Part shown: in pieces, positions 27,353 through 41,019 of the stretch
How positions within the stretch are numbered: position 1 is the stretch's first letter
Layout of the letters: the number at the start of each line of letters is the position of its first letter
NCBI GenBank assembly: GCA_964016885.1
Contig: OZ024747.1
Span: 65,472,001-65,536,000 of the forward strand
From: Eledone cirrhosa
Taxonomy: Eukaryota
DNA: 64,000 nt
Direction: 5' to 3'
Translations under genes and position numbers: made by a program
Notes under the pieces: model-generated
The model's database searches: none
What the model was told of the DNA's origin: nothing
The model's input: only the letters and a program-made list of their open reading frames with translations

Positions 27353-27680
27353 TCAGATCAGGTGACTGTGTCTTACTCATACAGAACTGTTTCTGACGTG
27401 GTTTCTACAGCTGGATGCCCTTTCTAATGTCAATCACATTAACAGCATGGAATGGGTGCTTTTCATCAGGGCACCAAACCAACCACCTTACAGTGTGGGC
27501 TGGGTGTTTTCTGTCATGTCACCAACACAACCTCCTTACAGGGTGGGTTGGGTGCTCGGTGCTCTGATGAAAAGCACCCATTCCATGCTGTTAATGTGAT
27601 TTACATTAGAAAGGGCATCCAGCTGTAGAAACCACGTCAGAAACAGTTCTGTATGAGTAAAACACAGTCACCTGATCTGA
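27353..27680. repeat. Local inverted duplication of an RTE 3'-UTR remnant
   Basis: ~27353-27474 and ~27558-27680 are near-perfect reverse complements. Confidence 0.85.
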
Positions 27681-27826
27681 AAAACATGGGCGGAGGTGGT
27701 GAGAGTAGACCTCAGATCGCTGAAGCTCACGGAGATGACGAAGGACCGTGACAAGTGGAGAGATGCTGTGCTGAATAAGACTCGTCCCACCCTTGCAAGC
27801 AGGGAAAGGCGAACGTAAAATGATGA
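27681..27826 (+). mobile_element. RTE 3' end, same family as 669-1138
   Basis: KTWAEVVRVDLRSLKLTEMTKDRDKWRDAVL followed by cccacccttgcaagcag...cgtaaaatgatgat. Confidence 0.85.
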
Positions 27827-27840
27827 TATATATATATATG

Positions 27841-27985
27841 GAGGCACATGGCTTAGTGGTTAGGGCATTGGCCTTGCAATCGAAAGGTTGTGAATTCAAT
27901 TCTCAGACCGGGTGATGTGTTGTTTCCTTGAGCAAGACACTTTATTTCACATTGCTCCAGTTTACTCAGCTGTAGAAATGAGATG
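27841..27985 (+). mobile_element. tRNA-derived SINE; other copies at ~16160-16300 (+) and ~30660-30735 (-)
   Basis: A box tggcttagtgg, degenerate B box gaattcaattc, body ccttgagcaagacactttatttcac. Confidence 0.75.
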
Positions 27986-28294
27986 ATAGGGACTGGGGCC
28001 CCTATCATTCCACTGCAAAGTGGTCGTTGAGGTGCCACAGCAAAAAAGCACCCAGCCCACACTGTAAAGTGGACGTGTAGGCGCCATGGATAAAAAGCAC
28101 CCAGCACTCACTGTAAATGAGGTTGGTAGGAAGGGCATCCAGCTGTAGAAATCAAGCCAGAATCAGTTCCCGTCCCACCCTTGCAAGCAGGGAAAAGTGG
28201 ACGTAAAATGAAATGATGATGATGATGATGATGATGATGATAAAGAGAGACTAATAAGAAATGACAATGTCAAGAATTTCATAAATATTTCTAC

Positions 28295-28363
28295 CTGCGG
28301 AGAAATGATCTTTCCAGAATCATCAATTTCAGTGACATGTCTTTCAACCAATTCATTTAGTTG
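28295..28363 (-). CDS. Putative internal exon B (QLNELVERHVTEIDDSGKIISPQ, 69 nt, phase 0-0)
   Basis: Strong polypyrimidine acceptor tcttctttgttttatattccag; CAG/GTAGA donor; open frame. Confidence 0.7.
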
Positions 28364-28556
28364 CTGGAATATAAAACAAAGAAGATAGGAAACAAATTAT
28401 GTACAGTATAAAAATTAAATGGACTAGCTGGCCCACACAACCATTGGTAGTTGCACTTCATATGGCCACAGCTAAACTTCAAACTAGTCTCAAATTTCCT
28501 AACACACTGGGACACAAACACTTGGCTATCAAAACTATGTAGATAAAATAACGCAT

Positions 28557-29252
28557 GCATCATCATCATTATCATCATCATCATCATCATCGTTTAACGT
28601 CCATCTTCCACGCTTGCATGGGTTTGGACGGGAGTTTTCCCACTTGAGGCAAGATTGGTTGTCTTGCTCATATAGGACTGTCTGGCGGGTCTGGATGCCC
28701 TTCCTAACACCAACCACGTTTACAGTGTGGACTGGGAGGTTTTTACTGTGTTACCTACACGGCCACATTACAGCGTGGACTGTGTGTTTTTTTTTCGTGA
28801 CACCTACACGACCTCATTTATTTCGAACTGGATGTTGTGGTACCAACATAACTTTACATCGAAAGGGGGGGGAGGGGGTATATTTGTTAGAGGTGCCTAC
28901 TGACTGTAGGTTTCGCTTTGTACTTAGGTAAGGCGGGTCTTCTGTATAACTGTGTAACGCCAAAGAAATCGGTCCAGTGACATTGTCTTGGAGAGGTGTA
29001 AGTGTGTGAGGTCGGAATTTATCAAGTCGTCCCAGGTTTTTCTGGGTCTGCCTACTCCGTGGCTACCGTCTATTTTTATTGCCCTGCACTTTTTTATACA
29101 GCTGTCGTCTTTCATGCGCATCACGTGACCATACCAACGTAGTCTTCTCTCGAGTAAACAGTATCTGATCCCTCTTATTCCTAATTTCTCCCTTAGTTCA
29201 TTTATGCTTTGCCGTTCACGTATATTACTATTACACATCCAACGGAGCATGC
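28557..29252 (-). mobile_element. RTE LINE 3' fragment, close copy of ~57590-58308
   Basis: ORF 28924-29262 is nearly identical to the C-terminus of 57064-57918; same 3' UTR and tail. Confidence 0.92.
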
Positions 29253-30448
29253 ATATTCCCACATATTCAATCTATGCCGTTAGATAGATAAATACTTAGA
29301 TAGACAGACAGACAGACAAGCAGGCTGGCGAACTGATAGACAGGCAGGCACACTAAAAGATAGACAAGCAGGCATTTAGACACAATGGCACACAGACTGG
29401 CAGATAGATAGATACACAGACAGACAAAGACAGACAGAGAGATAGACAGATAGATATATTTCTTTATTAGCCACAGGGGCACAAAAGAAGGGGACAAATA
29501 CAAAGGGGGAAGTTTACATACAATAAAAACGTGTAAAATGTTTAGATAGATAGATAGATAGACACATAGGAAGAAAGAAAAAGAATAAACACTCGAGTTA
29601 CAAGATGGAGGCTAAAACATATTACGTATTGAGTTCTGTAGAAATAAAAGATTTTTTGTTGTTTTCTATGAAAGTCTAAAAGTCTCCAGGTAAAGTTCCT
29701 AAAAGAAAACTTCTTTAAGTAATTATAAGAAGTGCAAAGAGTAAAGAGAATGGTTTTAGTGAGAGATTAAAACTTTTCTCTTATCTTCTGTTCTTTACAG
29801 AGTGAATCCATTTAGTCAGAGTTGAATTGGTGTTTTATTGAGATTGGGTGGTTGCTGGTAAGGGGTGGTCACTGGCAAAGTCAGCTCTTGTTGGGTGGTG
29901 TAGTAGATGTGCGTGTATGTGAGTGCGTGTTAGTTGGTCAAGTTGTAACATAAAGCAATTATAATTTCGTACAGTGGGATTACATAGCTTGGTCATAATG
30001 GCGACAGTAACATTATGTGCTAGGTAGGTGTTACAGTGTGGGAGGGTGTGAGAGTTGTGAGGGAGGGCTGTGAAGGACATTATGTCTAAGGTAAGGTTTT
30101 AAAGGAAGACTGAAGACATTTTCCTTCTCATAGTTTAAGGGTCTTACATTCTTAATTTTTCTCGCTCACTCTCTCTCTCCTTCATCATCATCATCATCGT
30201 TTAATGTCCATCTTCCACGCTAGCATGGGTTGGAGAGTTTTGTTCCACTTGAGGCGGGATAGGTCCGGAGACCATGTCTCGCTCGTACAGAACTGTGTAT
30301 GTACATATATATGCGTGTGTGTGTGTGTTGAACTTTCCATGTTGGCATGGGTTACATAGGACTTTTGCAGGTAATATTTTACAGACTGAAGCCCTTCCTG
30401 ATGCCAGCCCTTCTAGTCACTTCTTAGAATACACAGGGATACAGTATA

Positions 30449-30506
<58 letters not shown>

Positions 30507-30738
30507 TATATATATATTGAGCAACGTTAGTTTTTTACTATAGATGGCACCAATGTGAGCCTTCACTGCTACTATATGTATGTATTGTTGTAGTCAGCAG
30601 AGTCTATAGCCAGCCCCATCACAATATGAAATAAGTACACCCACTACAACTTCCTCAACAATATTAAAACACCTTGAATTGAACACATGACTTTATGATC
30701 ATGAGCCAAACATCCTAACCACTAAGTCACATGTCATT

Positions 30739-30797
<59 letters not shown>

Positions 30798-31125
30798 GAG
30801 GTTATATTTAATTTGTTGTGATTCAACAAGCTTAAATATTTTTATAACTGATATAAAGCACTCAACAGTTTAGTGGAGTAAATATACAATATATTAATAA
30901 ATGGAAACTATATTTATAAAACCATAATTATTTTATTTTCAACGGTTGAAATTCCAGCGAATTTCAACCGTTGAGGTTGTCTTTTTTCCGGGTATGTCAA
31001 TATTTATTTATAAAACAAATCTGTATTTTATCTGATGAAAGCGCACCATAATTTATCTTGGTCGCCCTTGAAATATATATAATAAAATAATTATGGTTTT
31101 ATAAATAGTTTCCATTTATTAATAT

Positions 31126-31133
<8 letters not shown>
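30798..31133. mobile_element. Fold-back element with hammerhead, same family as 40687-41019
   Basis: Arms ~30883-30935 and ~31081-31133; central hairpin tcaacggttgaaattc/gaatttcaaccgttga; flanked by (TA)n. Confidence 0.8.
31024..31089 (+). ncRNA. Minimal hammerhead ribozyme motif
   Basis: tattttat-CTGATGA-aagcgcacca...tggtcgccctt-GAAA-tatata-TA-ataaaata. Confidence 0.7.
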
Positions 31134-31190
<57 letters not shown>

Positions 31191-31359
31191 ACATATATAT
31201 ATACATATACATATATACACACATATGTACATACACCAGGTCATTATCATGTCCTCAAATGTCTATTAGCATGGTCACACCTGTCTACTATGGTCTATTG
31301 CCATATCCAGCAGTTAAAAGGTATTACCATTACAACAAAAGACAGAGAAAGATACTTAC

Positions 31360-31488
31360 ACCAGGTGGATATAATCCAAAGCCTTGTCTCAGCTTATACT
31401 GGTAACTTTTTATATGTTTATGTTTTAATAAATATGGCTTTACAAACTCTGTGTGGCAGGTTCCCAAAACATCAAAAAATATTGGATC
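31360..31488 (-). CDS. Putative internal exon A (DPIFFDVLGTCHTEFVKPYLLKHKHIKSYQYKLRQGFGLYPPG, 129 nt, phase 0-0)
   Basis: ctatttatttcag acceptor, GTAAGT donor, open frame with protein-like composition. Confidence 0.72.
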
Positions 31489-32246
31489 CTGAAATAAATA
31501 GTACATCATTATAATAATAATAATGAAATTATTGTGTACAGTGCTCAGCTGCACTACAACTCATCAAAGGTGCATGTATAGTAGATAGAATAATATACAA
31601 ATGTCAGGGAAATAAATAGTGTATGAGTCATGATATACATGTCATTATATATCATCATGATCATCATCGTTTAACATCCATCTTCCACACTACCATGGGT
31701 AAGATGGTTTTGTATCCTTTAGATGCAGGATTAGTCGGGAGACTGTGTCTCGCTTGTACAGAAGTGACTCTGGCAGGTTTTCTATGGCTGGATGCCCTTC
31801 CTAATACCAACAACTTTTTCAGTGTGGACTGGGAGCCTTTTATATATATATATATATATAAGTTGAAATAAAATGAAAACGAAATTTCATTTCTCACTCT
31901 TAGTACGGCACTTATACACACATACTTACATTATATATATATATATATATATCATCATCATCATCATGATCATTTAACGTGTATCTTCCACGCTAACATG
32001 GGTTAGATGGGTTTGTCCCATTTGAAGCAAGATGGGTCAGGTGACTGCGTCTCGCTCATATAGGACCGTTTCTGGTTGGTTTTCTATGGATGGATGCCCT
32101 TCCTAACACCAACCACACAGTTTGTGCTGGGTGCTTTTTGCCATGTCTCCTACATGACCACTTTACAGTGTGGACTGGGTGCTTTTTGTCATGACACCTT
32201 TACGACCACTTAACTATATTTATTTTATTTATTAACTATATATATA

Positions 32247-32283
<37 letters not shown>

Positions 32284-32383
32284 CATCATCATCATCATCA
32301 TCATCATCGTTTAACGTCCCTGTTCCACGCTTGCATGGGTTTGGACGGGGGTTTTCCCACTTGAGGCAAGAGTGGTTGTCTTG

Positions 32384-32483
<100 letters not shown>

Positions 32484-32769
32484 TATTATAGTTAATAAAT
32501 GAAACAAACAAAACACAGGAAGCAAATTTGCACAACAGTAAAGGTAAACAGAAATAACAAAGCAAATGACACAATACAATGAAGAAATATATTAGCTTTA
32601 TACTTGATATAGTAGAAAGAGTCTTAACAGTTTCAATGCTACTCCTTCATTAATATTATATGTGCATGTGTGTGATGATGATGATGATTTTGCATACACA
32701 CTTCATCATTACTGTCATTTAATGACTGTTTTTCTAGGTGGGCACAGGCAAGACTCATTCTGATTATAT

Positions 32770-32980
32770 ATATTATATCATTATTGTTGTCCATCTCACC
32801 AACTAATCTTGACTTAGTTTTACAATCCCATGTGTGAGTCCTAACCAATAATTCCTTAGGTACTCTTTCCTCAGTTCGATTTTTAACCACCTCCATTAGG
32901 ATCCTTGCAGTTCTCAATATTATGGTTTACTGTAAGAGACCTGTTTCAATCTCAATCCCAATATTTTCTAACTGTAGATT
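32770..32980 (-). mobile_element. Degenerate R4/Dong-type LINE 3' end
   Basis: Minus strand reads LENIGIEIETGLLQ*TIILRTARILMEVV, resembling the RLE-LINE terminal QK..LL.TARILR.VL motif. Confidence 0.55.
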
Positions 32981-33700
32981 AGCTGTACCGTAGAGTATTG
33001 AACAAAATGCTTTGTGGTATTTAGATACAATTTTCAACATTCTGAGTTCAAATGTTGCCGAAGTCAACTTTAATTTGCATCCGTCCAAGGTTGATAAAAT
33101 AAAGTACCAGTCAAGTACGGGGGGGGGGGGTGTGTGATATAATCGACTTTTCCCTTCCCCTAATTTGTTGGCCTAGTTTTTATATTAGAAAGAATATTGG
33201 AGGTGAAATACAACAGCAACAATACCAACAACAACACCAATAACAACACCAACAATACCAACAACAACAACAACAACAATACCAACACCACTGTATTTCA
33301 GTTAATGTCTCATTTTTATCAATTTAAAAATGTTTAAATCAAAGAAAATATATTTGAAATATAAGAAGAATATAAATTACAATATTTAACTGATGAAGTA
33401 ACTTAATAATGACTTTGAAGAATTTTTGCTTCGTTAGCAATAATAGGTGAAACTTTGGTGAAGAATGAAAGAAAGAGAGAGAGGTAGAGAGGTAGGAAAT
33501 TACTTTGAATAGGAATTAACAATGTTATAAAGAATATCTACACTATAATGTGGTATTTCTCTGTGATGGTATTAATTCAATTGTTTTATCATGCTCTGAT
33601 ATTCCGAGCTGGTGCTGCTGTCTCTTTTGCTGTCATTGCTGCAGTTGATTTTACTGCTTCCGTTGCTGCTGTTATCATTAATAGTCTCTGAAGATTTTAA

Positions 33701-33951
33701 CCCTTTTGTTGCCATATTTCAAATGAAAGATATTGCTGAGGATTTTCAATAAATTTTGAAAACAATCCAAGAATTTGAATGGTTTTGTAATATAACTACC
33801 TTTCTCGTTATTAAGCTGGTGTTTGTAACGTAACAAAGGTTCTGACATAAAATAATGAAGGAGAGATAATAGATAAATATGTACGCATTAAAATAAACAA
33901 CCTCATATCATAGAACCCAAGACAGTTTCAGGCAGTTTGGTATCAAAAGGG
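33701..33951. mobile_element. piggyBac-like MITE
   Basis: TTAA-cccttttgttgcca ... tggtatcaaaaggg-TTGA. Confidence 0.6.
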
Positions 33952-33974
33952 TTGATTATCTTAAAACTACCAAC

Positions 33975-34075
33975 TGTTTGTTTTTATATTTTTTACACGA
34001 CTGTATGTAAAATCCACGGCATGTCTTTGTATTGTCCCCTTTTCTTGTTGCGCCCTTGTGGCTAATAAAGAAATC
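33975..34075 (+). mobile_element. ~100-bp retroelement 3' end with ~19-bp TSD; inverted paralog at ~29457-29540 in (GATA)n
   Basis: TSD tatcttaaaactaccaact on both sides; ends gtggctAATAAAgaaatcta. Confidence 0.65.
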
Positions 34076-34432
34076 TATCTTAAAACTACCAACTTTATAG
34101 AGAAACTGTAACTTTTTTATTATCCCGATATATTTTATTTCTTCTCAATATCCATCAAAGTCAAAGTCTTTCTTACAAAGGCAACAAGCCAGAAATTATG
34201 GAGAAGTGGGAAGGAAAGAATATGACCGATCCTTTATTTTAGTGACTAAGAAAAGTATGCATGGCAAAAATAAAAACAACCTTAGTGAGATTTCAACTCA
34301 ATACTGTGAGCCATAACTAAATAACCACGAGGCATTTTGTCAGATGCTCTACCAATTCTGCCATTCCAGTAACCTAATTTCTCCATTTATATTAATGGCT
34401 TTTTGTTTTACTGTTTAGTGAGAGAGAGAAGG

Positions 34433-34735
34433 CAGGGCCAGATTTAATGGTGGGGAGGGGATATACACCTAGGCCTCCTGCAGTGGGAGAGGGGGTCCAC
34501 CAGTGATGGCCCTAGCAATTTATTTGTGCTCTCAGCTGGGGTTTTTAGTTTTACAATAGTTAAAATTTGGAATTTAATACCTGTATGTATAACTTTTCAA
34601 TTCCAATTACTTGTACCAAGCTAACTTCGTTATATAAAAATTGGGGGTGTTTACTATGTATTCTAATTTTTTATGTATGAGGGGTCTCCCAAATCTGAAG
34701 TGCCCTGGGCCTTCCAAGGTCTAAATCCAACCCTG
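34433..34735. mobile_element. hAT-superfamily MITE (Tip100-like ends)
   Basis: Imperfect TIR cagggccagattta / taaatccaaccctg; 8-bp TSD agagaagg at 34425-34432 and 34736-34743. Confidence 0.85.
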
Positions 34736-34972
34736 AGAGAAGGGCATGATCTTCACTCTTCTACAGGGTTTTCAGGACCGGCAGTCTCAGGTGAGTTGGT
34801 ATTAAATACAGATAACACAGTTCATTAACTTTGAGCCACACAACCAATTTATTCCTACTTACAACCATTATATAACATTCTACACCATTCTACAGCATAA
34901 AAAATATTATTAGAAAAGGAAGATATACAGGAAACAACACATTAAACTTGGCAAAACTTCATCATAAACATG

Positions 34973-35010
<38 letters not shown>

Positions 35011-35055
35011 CATATATATATATATCTATAGATATATAGATATATAGATATATAA

Positions 35056-35092
<37 letters not shown>

Positions 35093-35094
<2 letters not shown>

Positions 35095-35276
35095 TGTTTC
35101 TACTTTAGGCACAAGGCCAGCAATCACCCAGTGCATTACTGGTACTTTATTTTATCGACCCCGTAAGGATGAAAGGCAAAGTCAACCTCGGCGGGATTTG
35201 AACTCAGATCATAAAGGGACGTAACTATGCTGGAAAGCATGGCGTCCGACCCTCTACCGATACTCCCAATCCACCG
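35093..35276 (-). mobile_element. Nin/Deu-domain tRNA SINE; other copies at 39784-39950 (-) and degenerate ones at ~4300-4430, ~33000-33190, ~34170-34370, ~63260-63440
   Basis: High identity to 8712-8897. Confidence 0.85.
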
Positions 35277-35496
35277 TATATATAATGAGAGACCAAAGTG
35301 AAATTTTCACTTCAAATTCTTTAGTTGAGTTCTGCCTATAACATTTCAAGATTAAAAAATATATTTTTTGTTATTAGAAGGAAGAAAAATCACAGACATG
35401 TTTTTAATCTGAAAAAAAACAATTACAAATATTGAATTTGTATGATAAGACAGGGCTGATATATATATCATTGAGTGTATAATACATATATAATGC

Positions 35497-35539
<43 letters not shown>

Positions 35540-35700
35540 TATATAGAGAGAGAGTGTGTATATGACAAAGGAAAGGATGATTAAATACGATATTGATACA
35601 CTAACATGACCTTACTTCAGATTCTAAGAGAAGCCTTTATATATATATAAATTTTGAGATGAAGCAAGTCAAGTATATATACATATACACATATATATAT

Positions 35701-35759
<59 letters not shown>

Positions 35760-35778
35760 CACACATATATCTATATAC

Positions 35779-35811
<33 letters not shown>

Positions 35812-35823
35812 CACACATATATC

Positions 35824-35871
<48 letters not shown>

Positions 35872-36904
35872 TATATCTATATCTATATACATATATATAT
35901 ATATACACATACACACATATATCTATATACATATACATATATATATATATATATATACATATACACATATATCTATATACATATACATATATATACATAT
36001 ACACATATATATCTATATACATATACATATATATATATATATATATACATATACACGCATATATCTCTCTCTATATATATACATATATATACATATACAT
36101 GTATATATACATATACACACACACATATATATACACATACATAAACATATATACATACATACACACACAAATATAAACATATATACACACATATATACAT
36201 ACACACACACAAATATATACACAAAGATACAGAAACACACACACATACATATAAATGTATCCATTCTCCGTGTATGTACATAAATATGATCATACAAAAA
36301 AGTTCAATGTTCACTTCAATATATTTTCAAAGACCTACAACATTTCAAACCGAAAAAAAAAAAAGAAAGAAAGAACTTATTTCAAGTTTAAAAAATCACA
36401 GTCATGTTTTTAATCTGAATAAAACAATTCCAAATATTGAATTTACATGATAAGAAAGGGTTGATATATAATATACCATTGAGTATGTTATGCACATGTA
36501 GAATCATCCTCACCATCACCATCATCATCACCATTTTATGTCTATTTTCTGTTTGCCTTGCATGAGTTAGGCAAGTTGTCACATTCTGAGAGTATCATTG
36601 TATTTCTCTCAAACATTCCATTCTGTCAGAATGTCAAAATTGAATGCCGTTCCTAATGCCAACCCCATCACAGTGTATACCAGGTGTGTTTTATCTTAGC
36701 ACCACAACTAGCACCTGTCAGAGTGGACAGGGTGGGTTTTACCTTATACTAAAAATATATCTCCATTTCTTTGTATCATATTAATTCAGAATTTTCTCAT
36801 GCTTTTTTTTTTAATTTTCTAATTATAATGAAATAAAATTTTCTAAAAATGTAGGAGGGGTTTGTACGTAGGGTATATAGTTGAATTAGCTTATATTTGA
36901 GTAT

Positions 36905-39445
36905 ATACAGTAGCTGGCTACTTCTCCTGTCTATATTGAAAACACAGTACAATATATATCTGTACTGATATAGCTAGCTACCTTTCTTGTCTATATTGAA
37001 TACACAGTACAATATATATCTGTACTGATATAGTTACCTACCTCACATGTCTATATTGAATACACAGTACAATATATATCTGTACTGATATAGCTAGCTA
37101 CCTTTCTTGTCTATATTGAATACACAGTACAATATATATCTGTACTGATATAGTTACCTACCTCACATGTCTATATTGAATACACAGTACATTATATATC
37201 TGTACTGATATAGCTAGCTACCTTTCTTGTCTATATTGAATACACAGTACAATATATATCTGTACTGATATAGTTAGCTACCTTTCTTGTCTATATTGAA
37301 TACACAGTACAATATATATCTGTACTGATATAGTTAGCTACCTTTCTTGTCTATATTGAATACACAGTACAATATATATCTGTACTGATATAGTTAGCTA
37401 CCTTTCTTGTCTATATTGAATACACAGTACAATATATATCTGTACTGATATAGCTAGCTACCTCACATGTCTATATTGAATACACAGTACATTATATATC
37501 TGTACTGATATAGCTAGCTACCTCACATGTCTATATTGAATACACAGTACAATATATATCTGTACTGATATAGCTACCCCTCACATGTCTATATTGAATA
37601 CACAGTACAATATATATCTGTACTGATATAGCTAGCTACCTCACATGTCTATATTGAATACACAGTACAATATATATCTGTACTGATATAGTTAGCTACC
37701 TTTCTTGTCTATATTGAATACACAGTACAATATATATCTGTACTGATATAGCTAGCTACCTCACATGTCTATATTGAATACACAGTACATTATATATCTG
37801 TACTGATATAGCTAGCTACCTCACATGTCTATATTGAATACACAGTACAATATATATCTGTACTGATATAGTTAGCTACCTTTCTTGTCTATATTGAATA
37901 CACAGTACATTATATATCTGTACTGATATAGTTACCTACCTCACATGTCTATATTGAATACACAGTACAATATATATCTGTACTGATATAGCTAGCTACC
38001 TTTCTTGTCTATATTGAATACACAGTACATTATATATCTGTACTGATATAGCTAGCTACCCCTCCTGTCTATATTGAATACACAGTACAATATATCTCTG
38101 TACTGATATAGCTAGCTACCTCACATGTCTATATTGAATACACAGTACATTATATATCTGTACTGATATAGCTAGCTACCTTTGTTGTCTATATTGAATA
38201 CACAGTACAATATATATCTGTACTGATATAGCTAGCTACCTTTCTTGTCTATATTGAATACACAGTACATTATATATCTGTACTGATATAGCTAGCTACC
38301 TCACATGTCTATATTGAATACACAGTACATTATATATCTGTACTGATATAGCTAGCTACCTCACATGTCTATATTGAATACACAGTACATTATATATCTG
38401 TACTGATATAGCTAGCTACCTCACATGTCTATATTGAATACACAGTACATTATATATCTGTACTGATATAGTTAGCTACCTCACATGTCTATATTGAATA
38501 CACAGTACATTATATATCTGTACTGATATAGTTAGCTACCTTTCTTGTCTATATTGAATACAGTACAATATATATCTGTACTGATATAGCTAGCTACCTC
38601 ACATGTCTATATTGAATACATAGTACAATATATATCTGTACTGATATAGCTAGCTACCTCACATGTCTATATTGAATACATAGTACAATATATATCTGTA
38701 CTGATATAGCTAGCTACCTCACATGTCTATATTGAATACACAGTACAATATATATCTGTACTGATATAGCTAGCTACCTCACATGTCTATATTGAATACA
38801 CAGTACAATATATATCTGTACTGATATAGCTAGCTACCTCACATGTCTATATTGAATACACAGTACATTATATATCTGTACTGATATAGCTAGCTACCTT
38901 TCTTGTCTATATTGAATACACAGTACAATATATATCCGTACTGATATAGCTAGCTACCCCTCACATGTCTATATTGAATACACAGTACAATATATATCTG
39001 TACTGATATAGCTAGCTACCTTTCTTGTCTATATTGAATACACAGTACAATATATATCCGTACTGATATAGCTAGCTACCCCTCACATGTCTATATTGAA
39101 TACACAGTACAATATATATCTGTACTGATATAGCTAGCTACCTCACATGTCTATATTGAATACACAGTACAATATATATCTGTACTGATATAGCTAGCTA
39201 CCTCACATGTCTATATTGAATACACAGTACAATATATATCTGTACTGATATAGCTAGCTACCTTTCTTGTCTATATTGAATACATAGTACAATATATATC
39301 TGTACTGATATAGCTAGCTACCTTTCTTGTCTATATTGAATACACAGTACAATATATCTCTGTACTGATATAGCTAGATACCTTTGTTGTCTATATTGAA
39401 TACACAGTACAATTCATGTCTGATCCTATATAGTTAGCTGCTACT
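36905..39445. repeat. 60-bp minisatellite, ~41 copies
   Basis: Unit ctatattgaatacacagtacaatatatatctgtactgatatagctagctacct(ttct/caca)tgt; degenerate edge units. Confidence 0.98.
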
Positions 39446-40394
39446 TTTGTGTATGTATATTGAATTTTGCTTTCTGAATGCCTAGTTAGCTAGTTCTTCA
39501 TCACTTCATCTTTGACTAACCCCTTTCATGAAATTCATCCTTATGCCTAATTTAGTATTATCGTTTCTTATTCCTTCAGAATAAATTACTTTATCTCATG
39601 AATAATTTGTTGGGGTTTTTAAATTTGTATTTGCAACTAGATGAGACTGCAGAAATATCATGGAAATGGTGATATAATAAAAGTGAGATTCATGAGGAAT
39701 TATTGTTATAATAAACAGTAAGATTTGTGAAGAATTGTTGTTATAATAAACAGTAAAATATATGAAAAAATATTGTAATAATAATTGTTTCTACTTTTTG
39801 CACAAGGTCAGCAATTACTCCAGTGCATTACTGGTACTTTATTTTATTGACCCCATAAGGATGAAAGGCAAAGTTAACCTCGGCAGGATTTGAACTCAGA
39901 CCATAAAGGGCCGTAAGTCTATGCTTCAAAGCATGGCGTCCAACCCTCTACAGTAGTGATGTGGCAAAAATTGAACATATTCGTCAGGGTAATCAACAAT
40001 AGTTCAATATGATCAGCAACTTAACGATCATCAAATCATCCAATAAAGACATCAAAGTTATTGATATACAAATTAATTAAGGTCATCAACAAAAAATACT
40101 GCTAACATTAAGTGATTGATGATTGGATTAGTCAGTAAAAATACCTAAGAAAATGTTGATAATTACCAAAACTAGCGTGTGTGTGTGTGTGTGTGTGTGT
40201 TTAAACTTTTATTCAAAATTGTAGGATATGATTTGAGGGAGATTTGGTTGCTATTTCTACTGGCTCAAGCAACCACACAGATGGTCCTATATATAAATAC
40301 TATAAGGATAAGGAACAAGGATTAAGTGTTGCATCATAACATATTTAATAACATATTACAGATGTTTCACTATCGATCAGCTCGAGGCAAGACC

Positions 40395-40434
<40 letters not shown>

Positions 40435-40594
40435 CAAATAGTTATCGCTCTACATGGTTGAATACAATGTAATCTGAGTTTTTCGAATATCAATAATAAT
40501 ATTCGATTCATTTGCAATTATGCAAACAACCTCTTTTTAGCCATGTCAGCAGAATGAGCCCCTCCTTCTTGCTTGTGTGTTGGCATGTAAACAG

Positions 40595-40635
40595 AACTGC
40601 ATACACTGTTTCTGGGTGATTACCCTTCATCAGTG

Positions 40636-40640
<5 letters not shown>
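40595..40640 (-). ncRNA. Compact hammerhead ribozyme motif; degenerate relative at ~45972-46015 (-)
   Basis: aactgca-CTGATGA-a-gggt/accc-a-GAAA-cagtg-TA-tgcagtt; 7-bp stem I, GUA cleavage triplet. Confidence 0.75.
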
Positions 40641-40672
<32 letters not shown>

Positions 40673-40686
40673 GAAGAGATATTTAA

Positions 40687-41019
40687 TTTGTTGGAAATCC
40701 AACAAATATAGATGTTTATAACTGATTCAAAGCACTCGACAGATTTCTGGAGTAAGTATTCAATGATATTAAATAAATGGAAACTATATTTATAAAACCA
40801 TATTTATTCTATTATATATATTTCAAGGGTACCAAACATTTTGGTACGCTATCATCAGATAAAATACAAAATGTTTTATAAATATTTGACATGACTGAGG
40901 ATAATATACCTTAACGGTTCAAGTTTCCATTTATTTAATATCATTGAATACTTATTCCAGAAATCTGTCGAGTGCTCTGATCAGTTATTAACATCTATAT
41001 TTGTTGGATTTCCAACAAA
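40687..41019. mobile_element. Fold-back element, family of 30798-31133
   Basis: Arms ~40687-40785 and ~40922-41019. Confidence 0.82.
40805..40866 (-). ncRNA. Minimal hammerhead ribozyme motif
   Basis: tattttat-CTGATGA-tagcgtaccaaa/tttggtaccctt-GAAA-tatata-TA-atagaata; stem II differs from the 31024 copy but still pairs. Confidence 0.7.

Noticed and set aside
27841-27915. tRNA gene
   Set aside because: Degenerate B box, no clean cloverleaf, continues into a SINE body and is multicopy
36905-39445. CRISPR-like array
   Set aside because: Units are contiguous with no unique spacers, there are no cas genes, and the context is eukaryotic
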